Assembly (NCBI GenBank): GCA_013265495.1
Contig: MU058384.1
Coordinates: 5,948,792-6,012,791, forward strand
Reading direction: 5' to 3'
Length of the DNA: 64,000 bases
From: Vicugna vicugna
Taxonomy: Eukaryota
The position numbers and the translations under genes were made by a program. The notes under the pieces were generated by a model. The model was not told the origin of the DNA. It ran no database searches and worked only from the letters and a program-made list of their open reading frames with translations. Positions 48,700 to 61,230 of this stretch are shown piece by piece. The stretch's first letter is position 1. Each line of letters begins with the position of its first letter.

Positions 48700-50020
48700 C
48701 GCCTCTGTCATCAAACCGTCAGCTCCACCTTCTCATTCCTATCAGCTGGTGACTTCACTTACTATTTCACTGAGAAAATAGAAGCGTTCAGAGGAGAATG
48801 ACCTCATCTTCCCAGCACCAAAGTAACCAATCTTTACATATGCTCATGGGTCAACTTCCCTTGTGTTACAGAGATGAGCTCTGTGCTCCTGCAGGGCCCA
48901 TGGTCTTATCCCATCTCCAGAAATTATTATTTCCTCTCCTCTCCATCACTATTTTATCTCTCTCAACTAGATTGTTCCCACAGGCTTCAAGTTAATAGCC
49001 CCTGTCTTACACAAACCAAACCCTCCCTTGACCCCACACCCAATTCTAGCCCATTTCTTTGTTCTTCTTTAGTAAAATCCCTGTGGTGACTTATGTATAC
49101 TCAATATATCCATAATATTTTGAATGCACTTCAATGAGATTTCACCCACAGTATTCCACAGCAACTGTTCTTGTTAATGGAACCCACTGGCTTCCAACTG
49201 GCCAGACCAGTGGTCAGTTCTTTGCTTCTTGAGCTTTCAGTGGCATTTGGCACTGCTGATGAGTTTTTCTTTGGAACATTTCTTTCTTTCAGTGCCTGAG
49301 ACACCGCTCTCTTGGTATTTGGAACCTCACAGCTCCTTCCCTGCTACTAGCTTTTCTTCCCCATCCCAACCTCTAGATGTTGGACCTCTAGATGTTGGAC
49401 TTCATGTGGTTTCAGACCTCAGGCCTCTTTTTTTATTCTATTTACACTCTTGTCCTAGTGAACCTCCTTCTGTGTCATAGTTTACAACACCTTCAGTAGC
49501 CTTGAGTTTATATTCTTCAGCTACAACTCCCCTCCTGAGATTCAGTCTTGTGTATGTAACTGGTTATTTTAAGTTTCCACTGGGATGTCTCATAGCCATC
49601 TCAAACATAACATGTCCCAAAATAGGATTTTTTTGTATTTCCACCCAAAACAAATCCTACTCCAAGCTTCTCCAACTGAATAAGTAGCATAATATTTTGC
49701 TCAGGTCTTCAAACTAGGAATCATAATAGACTTCTCTCTTTCCCGTACCCTCCACACTCAACCCAGCAGCAAGTGCTGTTGGGGCTGCCCTCCTAATACA
49801 CCTTGAATCTGACCACCTGTCACTGTTGTCACTGCTTCCCCACCCTTTCTAGAATGAATGACTGTCATGTCATGTCTGGCCTCCCATCATAGCCTCTTAA
49901 CTAGGTTTCCTGCTTTCTCTGTCCTGTCCCTATGATCAATTTCTCATTGGTTCCTACTTGGAATAAAATCCATTATTGTACATATTCTGGCCCCTGCAAA
50001 GCTCTCCTACTACTTTCTCC
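48700..50020 (+). mobile_element. Long L2 fragment
   Basis: tatttcactgagaaaatagaagc; tctcaaacataacatgtcccaaa; aaactaggaatcat...gacttctctctttccc. Confidence 0.8.
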
Positions 50021-51021
50021 AAGGCAACATGCTCTAGAGGGTAGCTAAGGTTCTCAGATGAAGTGATTTTCCTGTCTCTCTTGTCATCTTCTCCCCTTCC
50101 ATTGTCTGTCCTTTCACTTTGTAAGATTCAATTTTAGCAAGTAGTAGTAATAACACATCTTAGGGTAGAATAAGAGTGACAGATTTTTTTTAATATACAA
50201 GAATCTGAGAATAAAATGATGAGTAAAAATAGACTTTCCTGGAGCTCACAGACTAGTGGGAGACACAGAATTTAATTACATGAGTACACATGGACACACA
50301 CACACACACTCACACTCACATTCTATACACTGAGGTAAGAGTTTTGGAAAGAAAAGATGTCTATGCAATGAAATCATCCAACAGCCGAGGAAGTCAGGAG
50401 TAGTTTACCTAGAGTTCACATTGGAAGGCTGAATAAGAGCCAATAATTCGGTAATTTGGGCCACATTGCTCCCCTTTTATGAGCTAATGTTCCTGTCTGC
50501 ACAGAACTAGAAGTCAGGGTGTTACCAACTGTGGGTCCAAGGTCAAGTCTGACAAAGCAGCCGAGGAAGAGGTGGGAGGGAGTGGAATCTCTGGGGTTTA
50601 TAGGTTATCAAATTGATAAAAATGGTTGAATTGAAGTCTTGGTTTTCATGGAGGCAAAATAACTATGTTGGAAATTATATTTTGTGTGATACAGGATCAG
50701 GCTAGCTATGGCCCCCAGATAACCCAGGACAGGAGTCTCAAACATGCAACACCTTCCTTGAGACTATGGAAGATATCATTAATTACTAACTCTCCTGCTC
50801 CTGCTGAACCAGCCTGGCTCAGAATTCTTCTCAAAAATGTCTCCTAGGCATCCTCCTAGTGAAATTTATTTATTAAACACAACTAGAGGTGGTATATGTA
50901 CTGGTAGTAGTGTTTATTAATAAATTCAGTGTTTGAGTGCATCATCTTCTGGTGAAGCTATGTTGTCCCAACCACCAGATCCTGAGAATCAATGATAAAA
51001 GAAGAAGCTGTGACATCCTGG

Positions 51022-51246
51022 AGCAATAACTTTCAACCTTTGAAACAAAGTCTCTTACCTTATTTTTCTAAAAAAAATTTTTAAAAGCGGTATTGAACTG
51101 TAACTGCAACATATAAATCATATGGCACAGGGATCAGTGGGTTTGCCCCTCGATATGAAACCCCACCTCTTGGTCACTCCCTAGAGAAAAGCCTGCAGCA
51201 TCCTGTGGAATCCTAGCTATTCAGACACACGTTCTGAAAACCACTG
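51022..51246. mobile_element. hAT-Charlie MITE-like element
   Basis: Degenerate termini caataactttcaacc ... ttctgaaaaccactg. Confidence 0.45.
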
Positions 51247-51513
51247 TCTCGCATGCTTGTCTTCTTGTGGTTTTTGATCACAAGTCATAATCCTGGGATC
51301 ATGAATTATGAGATCTAACTTCAATTAGCAGCCTTTGGCCAGGAACATGCAAGGATGGCCTTGGTCTAAAATGTCCTCATGTCTCACATGTTGGTCAACA
51401 AAGCCACTCGGCCACAAATCAACTAAGATGAAGATTTAACATTTTGGATAATGATCACCCTTTACAAATCTAATGAAGTTCATTGAATTTCCTTTTTAAA
51501 AAATGCACATTCA

Positions 51514-51640
51514 GAGGGGAGGGTATAGTGGTAGAGCACTTGCTTAGTGTGCCTGAGGTCCTGGGTTCTATCCCAACACCTCCGTTACATAAACAGACAA
51601 ATAAACTTAGTTACCTCCCCGACAAAAAAATTTTTTTTGT
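51514..51640 (+). mobile_element. Vic-1-like SINE, long form
   Basis: tRNA head (A box partly deleted), tail aataaacttagttacctcccc; 13-bp TSD aaatgcacattca / aaacgcacattca (51501-51513, 51641-51653). Confidence 0.9.
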
Positions 51641-51945
51641 AAACGCACATTCAAACAGACACAGACATACAAGTTCAAGGAATTTATAAAGCTTCAGAAG
51701 CCCCAGTCAAAAGCCCCTGATTTAAAGTTTGAGTCTGGAAGATGGGAGCTCATTGGGCATCTACAAGCAAAGAAAGAGAGGAGCTTAGTTTGGATGGGAT
51801 CAGGAGGACTGGGCAGGACCACAAGAGTTCCCTACACAGCAAGGCTAAGAACTTCTCTTCTTTTAAAAGACTAGTGTTTATCAGGGAAGGTCCTAGTGAA
51901 TATTCTTCATGTCCAAACTATAAATAGGAATTTGCCTTTACTGTT

Positions 51946-52099
51946 TTTTAGATGTTTTTATTTTTATTTATTTTTTTATTAAAGTATTATCAGTTTACAA
52001 TGTTGTGTCAACTTCTGGTGTACAGCATAATATTTCAGTCACACATATACATCCATATATCCCTTTTCATGTTCTTTTTCATTACAGGTTACTACAAGA
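51946..52099 (-). mobile_element. Young lineage-specific L1 3' end
   Basis: tcagtttacaatgttgtgtcaacttctggtgtacagcat; 14-bp TSD ttgcctttactgtt / ttgcctttattgtt (51932-51945, 52100-52113). Confidence 0.88.
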
Positions 52100-53934
52100 T
52101 TGCCTTTATTGTTGTTCCCTCTCTTCTCTACAGCCATCCCCTCTTGCAACATTTAATAGGTTGTCCTGAGTGGGAATGTGGAAAATTTACAGTGAGGTGG
52201 CTATAGAAAATTGAGATCCTGCTTTAGAATTCTGCTGTGTTAGAGCCAAACTGCAAGTTGACTTGTTCTTCCAGCTTCAAATGATCTAAATCCATATACT
52301 CAGACTGATGTGATTTTAGATTGCAAGTGCCTGGCCCTACCCACCTGGTTCACAAAGGCTGTCCCGTGCTGGTCCCTCAGGTAGGCCTTATCCCTGTACA
52401 ATGAGATGGCATCCTCTTTAACTGGTCTGTGGCCCAGTAAGAGTTACTCAATATGTTTCAAAGCACATTTCCATTTTATCGAACAACTTTCTATGCTTTT
52501 ATCTGCCTACAGGAATACCAGTTCTGCAATCTAATAGAAAGGTCATAAATTTTGAAATCAAACAGAATTGAAAAGCTATGCTTCTAAGCTCTGATCCTCT
52601 TTGATGTGGGGAGTAGGGAGTCATGACCTTCTTACGGGGCCCAAAGAGTAGTCATGGGTTGCTCTATACAATAATGCTAGTGTTGGGCAAGTAGCCTGCA
52701 TTGGACAGTAACTGGTTGATAGGTGCTGCTGGGGAAGGACACACAGGCATACATGCAGAGGGCAAGAGGTTGAATTAGATACTCTAGCTGAGGTTTGGTG
52801 AACAAGGGACAAGATCAAGAAATCCCTAGTAGGATGCTAGTGGTGGAAATAGAAAAGGAGGTCATCCCTAATGCAGAACCAGTAATACAAATAAAGTTGC
52901 TCCTTCCCTGGATAAATAGGTCCTAGTGGAGAAACTTGGAGATGAATGGCATGGCAGGCTGATGGGGAACAGACTCCTGAAACGTGGAAACTTAGCAAAA
53001 TATTGGTGAAGTCACCCAAGGGCTGGGACACAGTCAAGAAAAATAACTAGTGTTTCTAATTGGTAGGCAAGGTCCCCTAGCACAGTCTGCTTCAGAATCG
53101 GACTTCTTTGTTTAACTAAGAGGCTCAGCATTTCACAGACAGCTTCTTGGCTATCGCTGCACCTGGTTTTAAATGGACCATTTCTTGGGGGACTCAAGGT
53201 TCTCCACTGACATTTCAGTACTTGAGACTTCTGCAAAGTGATGTAGAGGGAAGACTGGAGCCCCCAAGAGAAAGGAAAACCCCTGGGCACATACTTAAGG
53301 AGTCGAACGACAACAAAGAGGTCAGAGAGCAAACTGGGAGCTACTGGAACTTTGTCTAAAGCAAGTATTGGTATTGAAAGCTTTAAGTTTTGAAGGAATG
53401 GTGGGGAAGAGGAGAAGGGAAGTTTTAAGCAAAAAGCCTGAAGAATAAAAATGGATAATATTAAGAGTTGGTGAGTAAGGTGCTTACATGCAATTCTTCC
53501 AATAAACAAAATACGTTTTTTCAATAAAAAGTAGTTAGCCTTTTTTTAAAGCTTAACTTTTTAGTGAAATCATGTTTCCACCAAGAAAATATAATTTAAA
53601 GGAAAAGATGTCATTGTTTGTGTCTGTTATGGAAAATTCTATTAGTTCAGAGCAAAAGACACTGAAAATATGTTTTCTTTTGCTCCATAGTCTTTCTCCA
53701 CCTGTCATGGTTTCTTATTTAACTTAAAACTTCCTGAGGAGAGTGGACCCTCACGGACCCCCTAGTCCCTACCCCTTCCTAACTCATGCCCAGTTCCATG
53801 TGGGGCAAGAGTGGCGACAGTTGCTGGGCAGGGGCAGGGGCAGGGTAGGGATGGGAGGCACAGTCAACAGCCAACCCCTCCTGGTGGGGCAGACGTGGGA
53901 GAGGCAGGATTGCCAGGCTCCAACCTTCTGACTC

Positions 53935-54114
53935 ACCCTCCATTGTCCCATTGAACTTCATTTACAGAACACAAATTCGAAGAAAAAATGATGAAGAACT
54001 CTAAGATGGTGACCGCAGAGCCTTGAGTCCCAAGTGTGAAAGGGGAGAGAGGGCGGCCCTTCTGAGTCAGCCCTGTGCGACTGCACTAGTCAAATGCTCA
54101 TGGATCTGGCCCTG
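53935..54114 (-). mobile_element. MER45-family hAT-Tip100 element
   Basis: ccattgtcccattgaacttca...aagatggtgaccgcagagc...ccctgtgcgactgcac...catggatctggccctg. Confidence 0.75.
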
Positions 54115-54274
54115 CCCCTCATGCCATCAAAGATTCTCATATAGTCTCCTGAGTTGAAAATCACTTTGTCATAAACCAGTGTAGTGTGTTTGTCAATGAG
54201 TTGGTCATGGAAACCGTCTCTGGAACTTTTTACAGAAAAGATTCCTGGTAATGTTGCAGGGATTTCTTCTGGTT

Positions 54275-54560
54275 TATTTATTTATCCCTTCATTCCTTCA
54301 TAGGTTTTCTGAACACCTACTGGTTTCTAGGCCTTGGAGTGTCTGTTGTGAACAGGGTGGAGAAGGTAGTTGTCAACATCTCTGTCCTCATGGGCCTCAC
54401 TGCCCACAGGGAGAGCCTGAGCTTAAAGTGGTAACAAATAAGCAAAAATCTATCTACAGATTGTGGAAGGGGAGGTAAAGGAAATAAACTAAAGTGAAAT
54501 AATAACTGGGGAGTGGGGTCAACCTGGAGTGGAGGAAAGATGATATTTAAAGCTTGGAGT
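54275..54560 (-). mobile_element. L2 3' end
   Basis: ttcattccttcat...ctgaacacctact...tctgtcctcatgggcctcac. Confidence 0.65.
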
Positions 54561-55709
54561 AAGATTCATCCCAAAATATTCATTCTAAGAACCTTCTCAG
54601 GTAATTTCAATTATTTGGGATTTAACTAAAAGTTTAACTGCTGCCTACCTCACCATACTAGAGAAAATCGACAAATTCACCTTCTGTAGTTTGTATTATG
54701 AAAGCAACATGAAATCAGACTATTGTAATAATGAATATGCTTTTCCATATTATAAATTCCTCCTAGACAGTTTTTCATCCTATCTCTTAGTTGTGAATCT
54801 GAAAATCTATTCATCTTCTAAACACAGCGATGGCACATTTCACTGGTTCCGAGAAAGTACATTACAGGCCCAAGCAAGGTTGTAGTGTATAACAGAAACA
54901 TGACCTAAAAAAACCACATCTCTTAATTCCTTGTCTGTGACAGACCACAGATGTCATCACATGTCCCTAACACTTAATATTGAACAAGAAGTATCTTTGT
55001 TTCCTTCATAGAATCACTTAAATCTGTCACAGTATAATTAATGGTGGCTGTGGCAAATCAGTCAGTTTGAGAGTGGTGATTTTTTTTTCTTTTAATACAG
55101 AAAAGCTGTGGAAGACAGTGCAGTTTATCAAAATGCCCAACAAAACCTAAAAGCGTGTCTCAACTGATCCCTCCTTCTGCTTTATGACTTTTCTCATTAC
55201 AGCTCCATGACTATATTAGAGCATCAGTAATCAGCCCCAGAGCCTTCATTCCGGAAAGCTAAGGATGATGGAATTGACCTTCTGTGGTAAGAAACTAGAA
55301 CATTCAGGAACAATGCTTCTGTTCTTCAGAGAGGATTTACATTTGCTTCTCCAGGTTGGTGAGGCCAGGCACTTGCAATCTAAAATCACCTCAGTCTAAG
55401 TACGTGGCTTTAGATAATCTGAAGCTATAAAGGCAAGTCAACTCACAGTTCACCTTTCCTCTTGGAGGAGAGCCCTAAATGGTTCCAGTGCCAAACTTCA
55501 AGGGCTTGTGGGTACTCTTCCTCTTTGGTAGCTCTGAACTTCAGTTTTTGTCCTGTACTGTGCAAATTTGTTAAGACCTCTCTTCTGCTTCTAAGACTTC
55601 TGTTGGTCTCACTTCAGAGCTGCCTGATGTCCCTAGAGGAGCTGTCACTTAAATGCTGGGCTCCACCGTCTGGGCATCTTTCTTCGTTTGGTACTGGAGA
55701 GAGAAATGG

Positions 55710-57760
55710 TAAAATGGAAGAAGGATCCGAAGAAATCACCCAGATTGCAATCAAGAGAAAAATACTCATAGGATATACAAAGGTTAGTTAAGATTCTTGG
55801 AGCATAAAAGGGGAAGTTCTGAAAGCTATCTCAGCGTTACAGAAATCAAATAATGGAAAGGCAATATTCAAGCAGAAGATGCTAAGTTAAGAACTTCCCC
55901 CAAATGAAATGTATCATCTTCAAGGAAAGATATGGATCCACAGGACATTCCCAATGAGATATACTAAAAAAATTCAACAGCTAGACCCACGGTGTTGAAG
56001 CACTGCAGTGAAGAAATAAAAATTATTCAGACCAAAAGAAAACAACAAGAAGAAAAAAGAAACCTACTGCAAAATCAGAAGATGTAGCACAAAATGAAAT
56101 TGAAGAAATAAGCCCAGATTTGTCAGTAATATTAATTACTATAAATTCAACAAGCTTAACAGTTAAAAGTCATATATTATCAAATGGGATGAAAAGCAAC
56201 ACCTAAAACATGAGTATACAGAAGTGTCAAAAGTAAAAAAAAATATAAGAAAATATATACTAAGCCAATATTCACCAAGAAAATGAGAGATAAATAAATG
56301 ATAGATAAATAGATGCTACATTAGTCAAATAGTCTTTGATACTAAAAAGTTATCAGGGGTAAAGGGGATTGCTGCATGATAATAAAAATTTAATTCTTCG
56401 GATGCAATCTGTGTAAACTTCATAGCATAGCTTCAAAATGCGTAAGACCATAATGGGAAAATTAACAATAAGAGCATAATAATTTACAAACTTCTTTCAG
56501 TAACTGATAAATCAAGCACCGAAAATTTTTTATAAGTATGTGAAAACTTAAGTTAACATCATTAACAAACTCGACATGAAAGATAAATAACCCCACATGA
56601 GAGATTACATCTTATTCTCAGTCGCATAAGGAAATGTTGTCAAAACTGACCCCATCCTAAGACATAATTTCATAGTATCTTTATCATGTAGACCATTTTT
56701 CCAATAAGTTAGAAATCAATAATAAACAGAGATGTAGAAAAATTCATACCCTTGAAATTAATTTTTAAAAGGCTATCTAAATAACTCATAAAGTTGAATA
56801 ACAACAGACACATGTCCAAATTGTGAGATACAACTGAAGCATGCTTTATAGTGAATTTATAGCTCTAAATGCTTATGCTAGAAAAGAATAAAGCTGAAAA
56901 TAAATGAGCTAAGCGACTTAAGAAGTTAGAAGAACAACAAAATAAACACAACGAAAGTAGAAGGAAGGAAACTATAAAGATAAGAGTGGAAATTAATCAA
57001 ATGGAAAACAAATATACAGTAGAGAGAATCAACTAAGGCAAAAGTTCAGTTTTTGAAAAAACTAATAAAATAGACATTTTTAGGCTCCAAGAAAAGATGA
57101 AACAGTACAAATAAACAATATTAGAAATAAAAAAAGAAGACGACTATAGATACTGCAGAGACCAGAAAGATAAAACTATGAAATAAATGTTTCCAAAACA
57201 CATGAGAACTTAGATAAAATGGAAATTTCTTAGAAAAACTACAACTTAATAATTGATTCAAGAAGAAATAAAATGACTGAATTTTCCTCTATTAAATACA
57301 TTTCATCAAAACCAGAAATTTACTCAAAAAAAAAAAAAGCCAGTTTCAGGTTGTTGTAGTGGTAATTTAATTCAAAGAGTCAAGAAACATAACTTCCTTT
57401 TTACTCCAATTTTTCTGGAAAATCAAAGAGAACCCCCCCAACTGTATTTTTTAAAATGAAACTAGTATAACCTTATTATTTAAATCATAAAAGGAAAATA
57501 ATAGAAATGAATAATATGGGCTTATTTCACTTATAATCATAGATGTAAAATACTAAACAAAATATTACCAAACAAAGTGAAAAATTAGATCAAATTTAAA
57601 CTGGAATTTTGCAGGAATAAAAAGATTACTGAACATTAAAGCATCTCTTAGTTTAATTCTTCGTATTAAGAGAAATTAAGAGAAAACACCTGGAAAGACG
57701 CAGAAGTATTAAAGTACCAAACACCTCCCCATAGTAACAATGTAAAAACCTCAATACACT
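55710..57760 (+). mobile_element. Old L1 ORF1/ORF2 remnant
   Basis: Strongly A-rich; aatttatagctctaaatgcttatgctagaaaagaa; aaagtagaaggaaggaaactataaagataagag; ttgattcaagaagaaata. Confidence 0.85.
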
Positions 57761-57762
57761 GA

Positions 57763-57848
57763 TGTCTTAGTCTGGGTTCTCCTAGCAGGAGACACTGAGG
57801 TAGGGATTCCAGTGAAGTGTGTTTGGGGGGCAATTTCAGGAAACATGC
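57763..57848. mobile_element. LTR33-like ERVL LTR fragment
   Basis: tgtcttagtctgggttctcctagcaggagacactgag...ggatt...caggaaaca. Confidence 0.55.
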
Positions 57849-57849
57849 A

Positions 57850-60160
57850 CGAATCTCACAGACAAAGTTTGAGCAAAATAAGCATCTATCGACCTGTCTA
57901 TCTATCTATACATCTATCTACCTATTTTCTTGTTATATATAGATATATTTATAATTTGTATTTTAAATGCATGTAATAGAAAAACACATTTGTATATTTA
58001 TACAAACTTTACCAGCAGGCAAAACAGTACTATACACCGCTTAGGGATCTCTGTGTATATGGCACGAGTGTAAAGTAACGCAAGGGAATGATGAACAAGA
58101 AACTCACAATAGTTTTTAGCCCTGACCCTGGGCACGGAGGAGATATGCTTGAAGAGGAGTAAACAGGGATCTGAACTCTACTAGGGAAGTTTACTTTCTT
58201 AAGCTGGGGAGTGTTATAAATGTGTGCAAATTAATTATTCTTTATGCTTTCCTAAAAAATGCCTTAAAAAGTAAAAAGGGAGAAAAATACACTAAAGACA
58301 CATGTCAGTATCAAGAAAGTAGAGAACAAGGCTATCAATAAATGATAGAGTAATAGGCCTAATATTAGTTTATTAGGAATAAAAAATTACTAAGAGAAAC
58401 CAATCCTTAGCAAGAGTGAATGGGGGAAAAAAGAGAATGTGCTATGAAATACAGAAGAAAAACTAGAAATAAAATACACACAAAAACATAATGGGAACAT
58501 AGAAATATTATATGTTAATAAATTTGTAAAACTGTAGAAATAAAAAATGCCAAAATTGACTTTAGAAGACATTTCTAAAGACTTGAGTACATTAATGGCT
58601 ATTAAAGAAATCAAAGTAGAATAAAAATACCTAGCATAGCTCCAATTATAAGCCCCAGGCCTAGAAAGTCTCTAGGTGAGATTTACTAAATTTCTCAAGT
58701 TGTTCAAAAAAACCCAGAAAAATAGTTGTTTAGCTTTCGAAATGAGATTAGCCATAGCTGACTTCAAAACTGGATTAGCAGGACACTGCAGAAAAGGTAA
58801 ATTATGGGCCTATAAATTTGTGAACATAGATATAAAGCTGCTGATTAAAATATTAAGTAACCAAATCCAAGAAAGGTTTAAAAATAACACATTATAATCA
58901 AGTGGAGGTTGTCATTTGGAATACAAGAAATGTTTAATATCAGCAAATCTGTAATTTGCTCATCAATAATTGCATCAAAATTAAAACCTGCTTTATATCA
59001 AAAGATCTGATATAGTGAGAGTGAGAGAAGATATTTGTAGTGTATATAGTAGACAAAGGATTATTGTCCTGACTATTACGAGGATTCGAAGGAAAACAAT
59101 GTTAAAATAGAAAAACAGTAAGTAAAATGTACCGACAAACCACAGAACAGCATTTGTGAGTGGTTAATTAATGTATAAAAATTCAGCCTCACCTGTAATC
59201 AGGGAAATGCAAATTAAAAACAATGAGCTATCATTTTCCAGGCATCACATTGACAACAACTTTAGAATTCTGACGATTTCAAGGATGGGTGAAAATATAG
59301 AGAAAACAGTATTGTCACATATGGTGGTGGTAGTAAGCATTTGTGAAGCTACTTTGGAGAGCAATTTAGCAGTTTGTGGTAAAACTGAAAATATTTGTAC
59401 CAGATGACCCAGCTATTTTATTTGCAGGTTTATTCCCTAGAAAGGCATTCACATCTGTGTGCAAGGCAAGATGCAGAATGATGTTCATGGTAGCTTTGGT
59501 CGTAATAGGAAAAAAACCTGGAAACATCAACTAGGGATGTTGATGACTACAATGTGTTGAATTCAAACACAATTTATGCACCAGTTAAAATAGACGGCAC
59601 TGACTTCTATACATCATTATGACTGGAACTCAAAACATGATGTTGAATACCAAAGCAATTAGTCAAATGATAGTAGGCATATTACCAGTATAATGAAATA
59701 AATCATAAGCATAAAACTCTAAAATGGGCTAGAAGGATACACTTTTAACTCATTATACTGAACACTTGCTGACAGTGGAGACTGGGAGATGGGCTAGAGA
59801 TGGCGGTCAAAGAGGTGTCTAATTTTATTTATAATTATTCAACATTCTCTGTTCTCTTTGGTGTTTCCCCCTACTTTCCCTCCTTCTCTAATGCCTTCCT
59901 CCTTTTTTCCTTCTTCCTTTTCTTTCTTCAGTTCCCCCTCTCTTCCTCCCTCTCTCCATTGGTCCTTTGTTTCTTTCTTCCGATATAGGCTTGTATTACT
60001 TGTATAATTTTTTAAAAGTACACATAAAACATTTCTTGCAGTAAATGTTACCAAATGGTAACAGTTTTTTAACTCTGGGTCGTGGGAATATAGGTGTTAG
60101 TTCTATTATTCTCTGTACTTTTTGGTCTTTTAAATACTATTTTTTAAATTAAAAAAAGAA
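57850..60160 (+). mobile_element. Cluster of old L1 (L1ME/MD-like) ORF2 and 3' UTR fragments
   Basis: gtaatcagggaaatgcaaattaaaa; ctactttggagagcaatttagcag; atgacccagc; includes (CTAT)n at about 57885-57925 and a pyrimidine tract at about 59846-59980. Confidence 0.8.
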
Positions 60161-60989
60161 TTAAATGAAGCCCAAATTTTACCATTAGCAGTTATTTTTG
60201 GTGAACTATTTAATGAGTCTAGAATGAGTCTGCTTTTAGGGGGTCACTGATAATTAAAAAAGTGTTTATTGTGATTACCTAAAATTTTTTTCAATCAGAT
60301 TATCAAGAGCACTGGATTACTCAGCATGATGTTCAGTTACTATAAAAAAAAAAGAAAACTAGACAATAAAACAGTTTCATATAGAAAGTTTCACTTTTTT
60401 CTGAACGCCAGAAATGAGTTAATATTCTCAGGGATGGAAGGAATAAATCCAGAATCCTTAGAAGGAATCCTTAACTTGCCTTGCAATAAATGTGTATACA
60501 TCAGTTCTCTCATAAAAATTAGTATCCCCAGAACTGACAACTTTTCCCACGATCGAGGATAACCGTGGTTGTACTCAAGGCCTGGAAGAGTTCCCTGTGG
60601 CCCGCGTCAGGGTGGGAAACAGCTCCACCGGGATAATTCATATCCTGAGGTAACAGTGACAACGTCACTTCCTTTTGAAGAGAGGCAGCATCTCTCCTGT
60701 ATAGATTTGCCTGTTACTGAAAAGAATATTCCTGATGTGATGTGACTTGAGAGGTGACCAGTATTAAAACTGGTTTTATTTTTCCTAAGAGACACAAAAT
60801 GCTCATCTGACTCTGATTTCCAAAATGGCTTCGTGCTGTTCATTCCAGCGACTGTTGAAAAAAATCACTTCCATTTGGAGAGTTGCTTGCTAGTGCTACC
60901 CTCGTTTTCCTCGTTCTAGGTGGAAAAGTACTGGTGAGATTCTGGACACCTTAAAGCCAGGTGAATCAGAGATGGGCATAAAATATGTA

Positions 60990-61230
60990 AGGTCTGGTTG
61001 TGCAGCAGCTTGACACTTAGAAGACGGAGTTTGGATCTAGAAGACAATCGGTGTTGAGATTCTGGCTACGCCACTCCATCTTCTTTGAGCCTCTTTTATC
61101 TCATTTGTAGAGCAGGGATACCGACAAGCTCTCTCAAGCTTGTAGTTCACGTGAAGATGAACGAAATAACGGATGTAGGGTACTAACTGTTATCACGGGG
61201 TGTTACTCGGCTCAATAGCTCAACGATATT
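60990..61230 (+). mobile_element. MIR with unusually many CpGs
   Basis: gagattctggctacgccact...ctttgagcctcttttatctcatttgtagagcagggata...gtgaagatgaacgaaataac. Confidence 0.65.

Noticed and set aside
49369..49400. 15-bp tandem duplication acctctagatgttgg
   Set aside because: Ordinary slippage inside an L2.
53012..53524. 170-aa minus-strand ORF with an internal possible acceptor
   Set aside because: Non-ATG start, no recognisable homology, no partner coding exons.
55613..55693. Faint resemblance of peptide fragments (PNEE, EPS) to a C10orf67-like C-terminus, which would suggest the PTF1A locus
   Set aside because: The matches are in different frames and very short, and no PTF1A bHLH exon is present nearby, so the locus assignment is unsupported.
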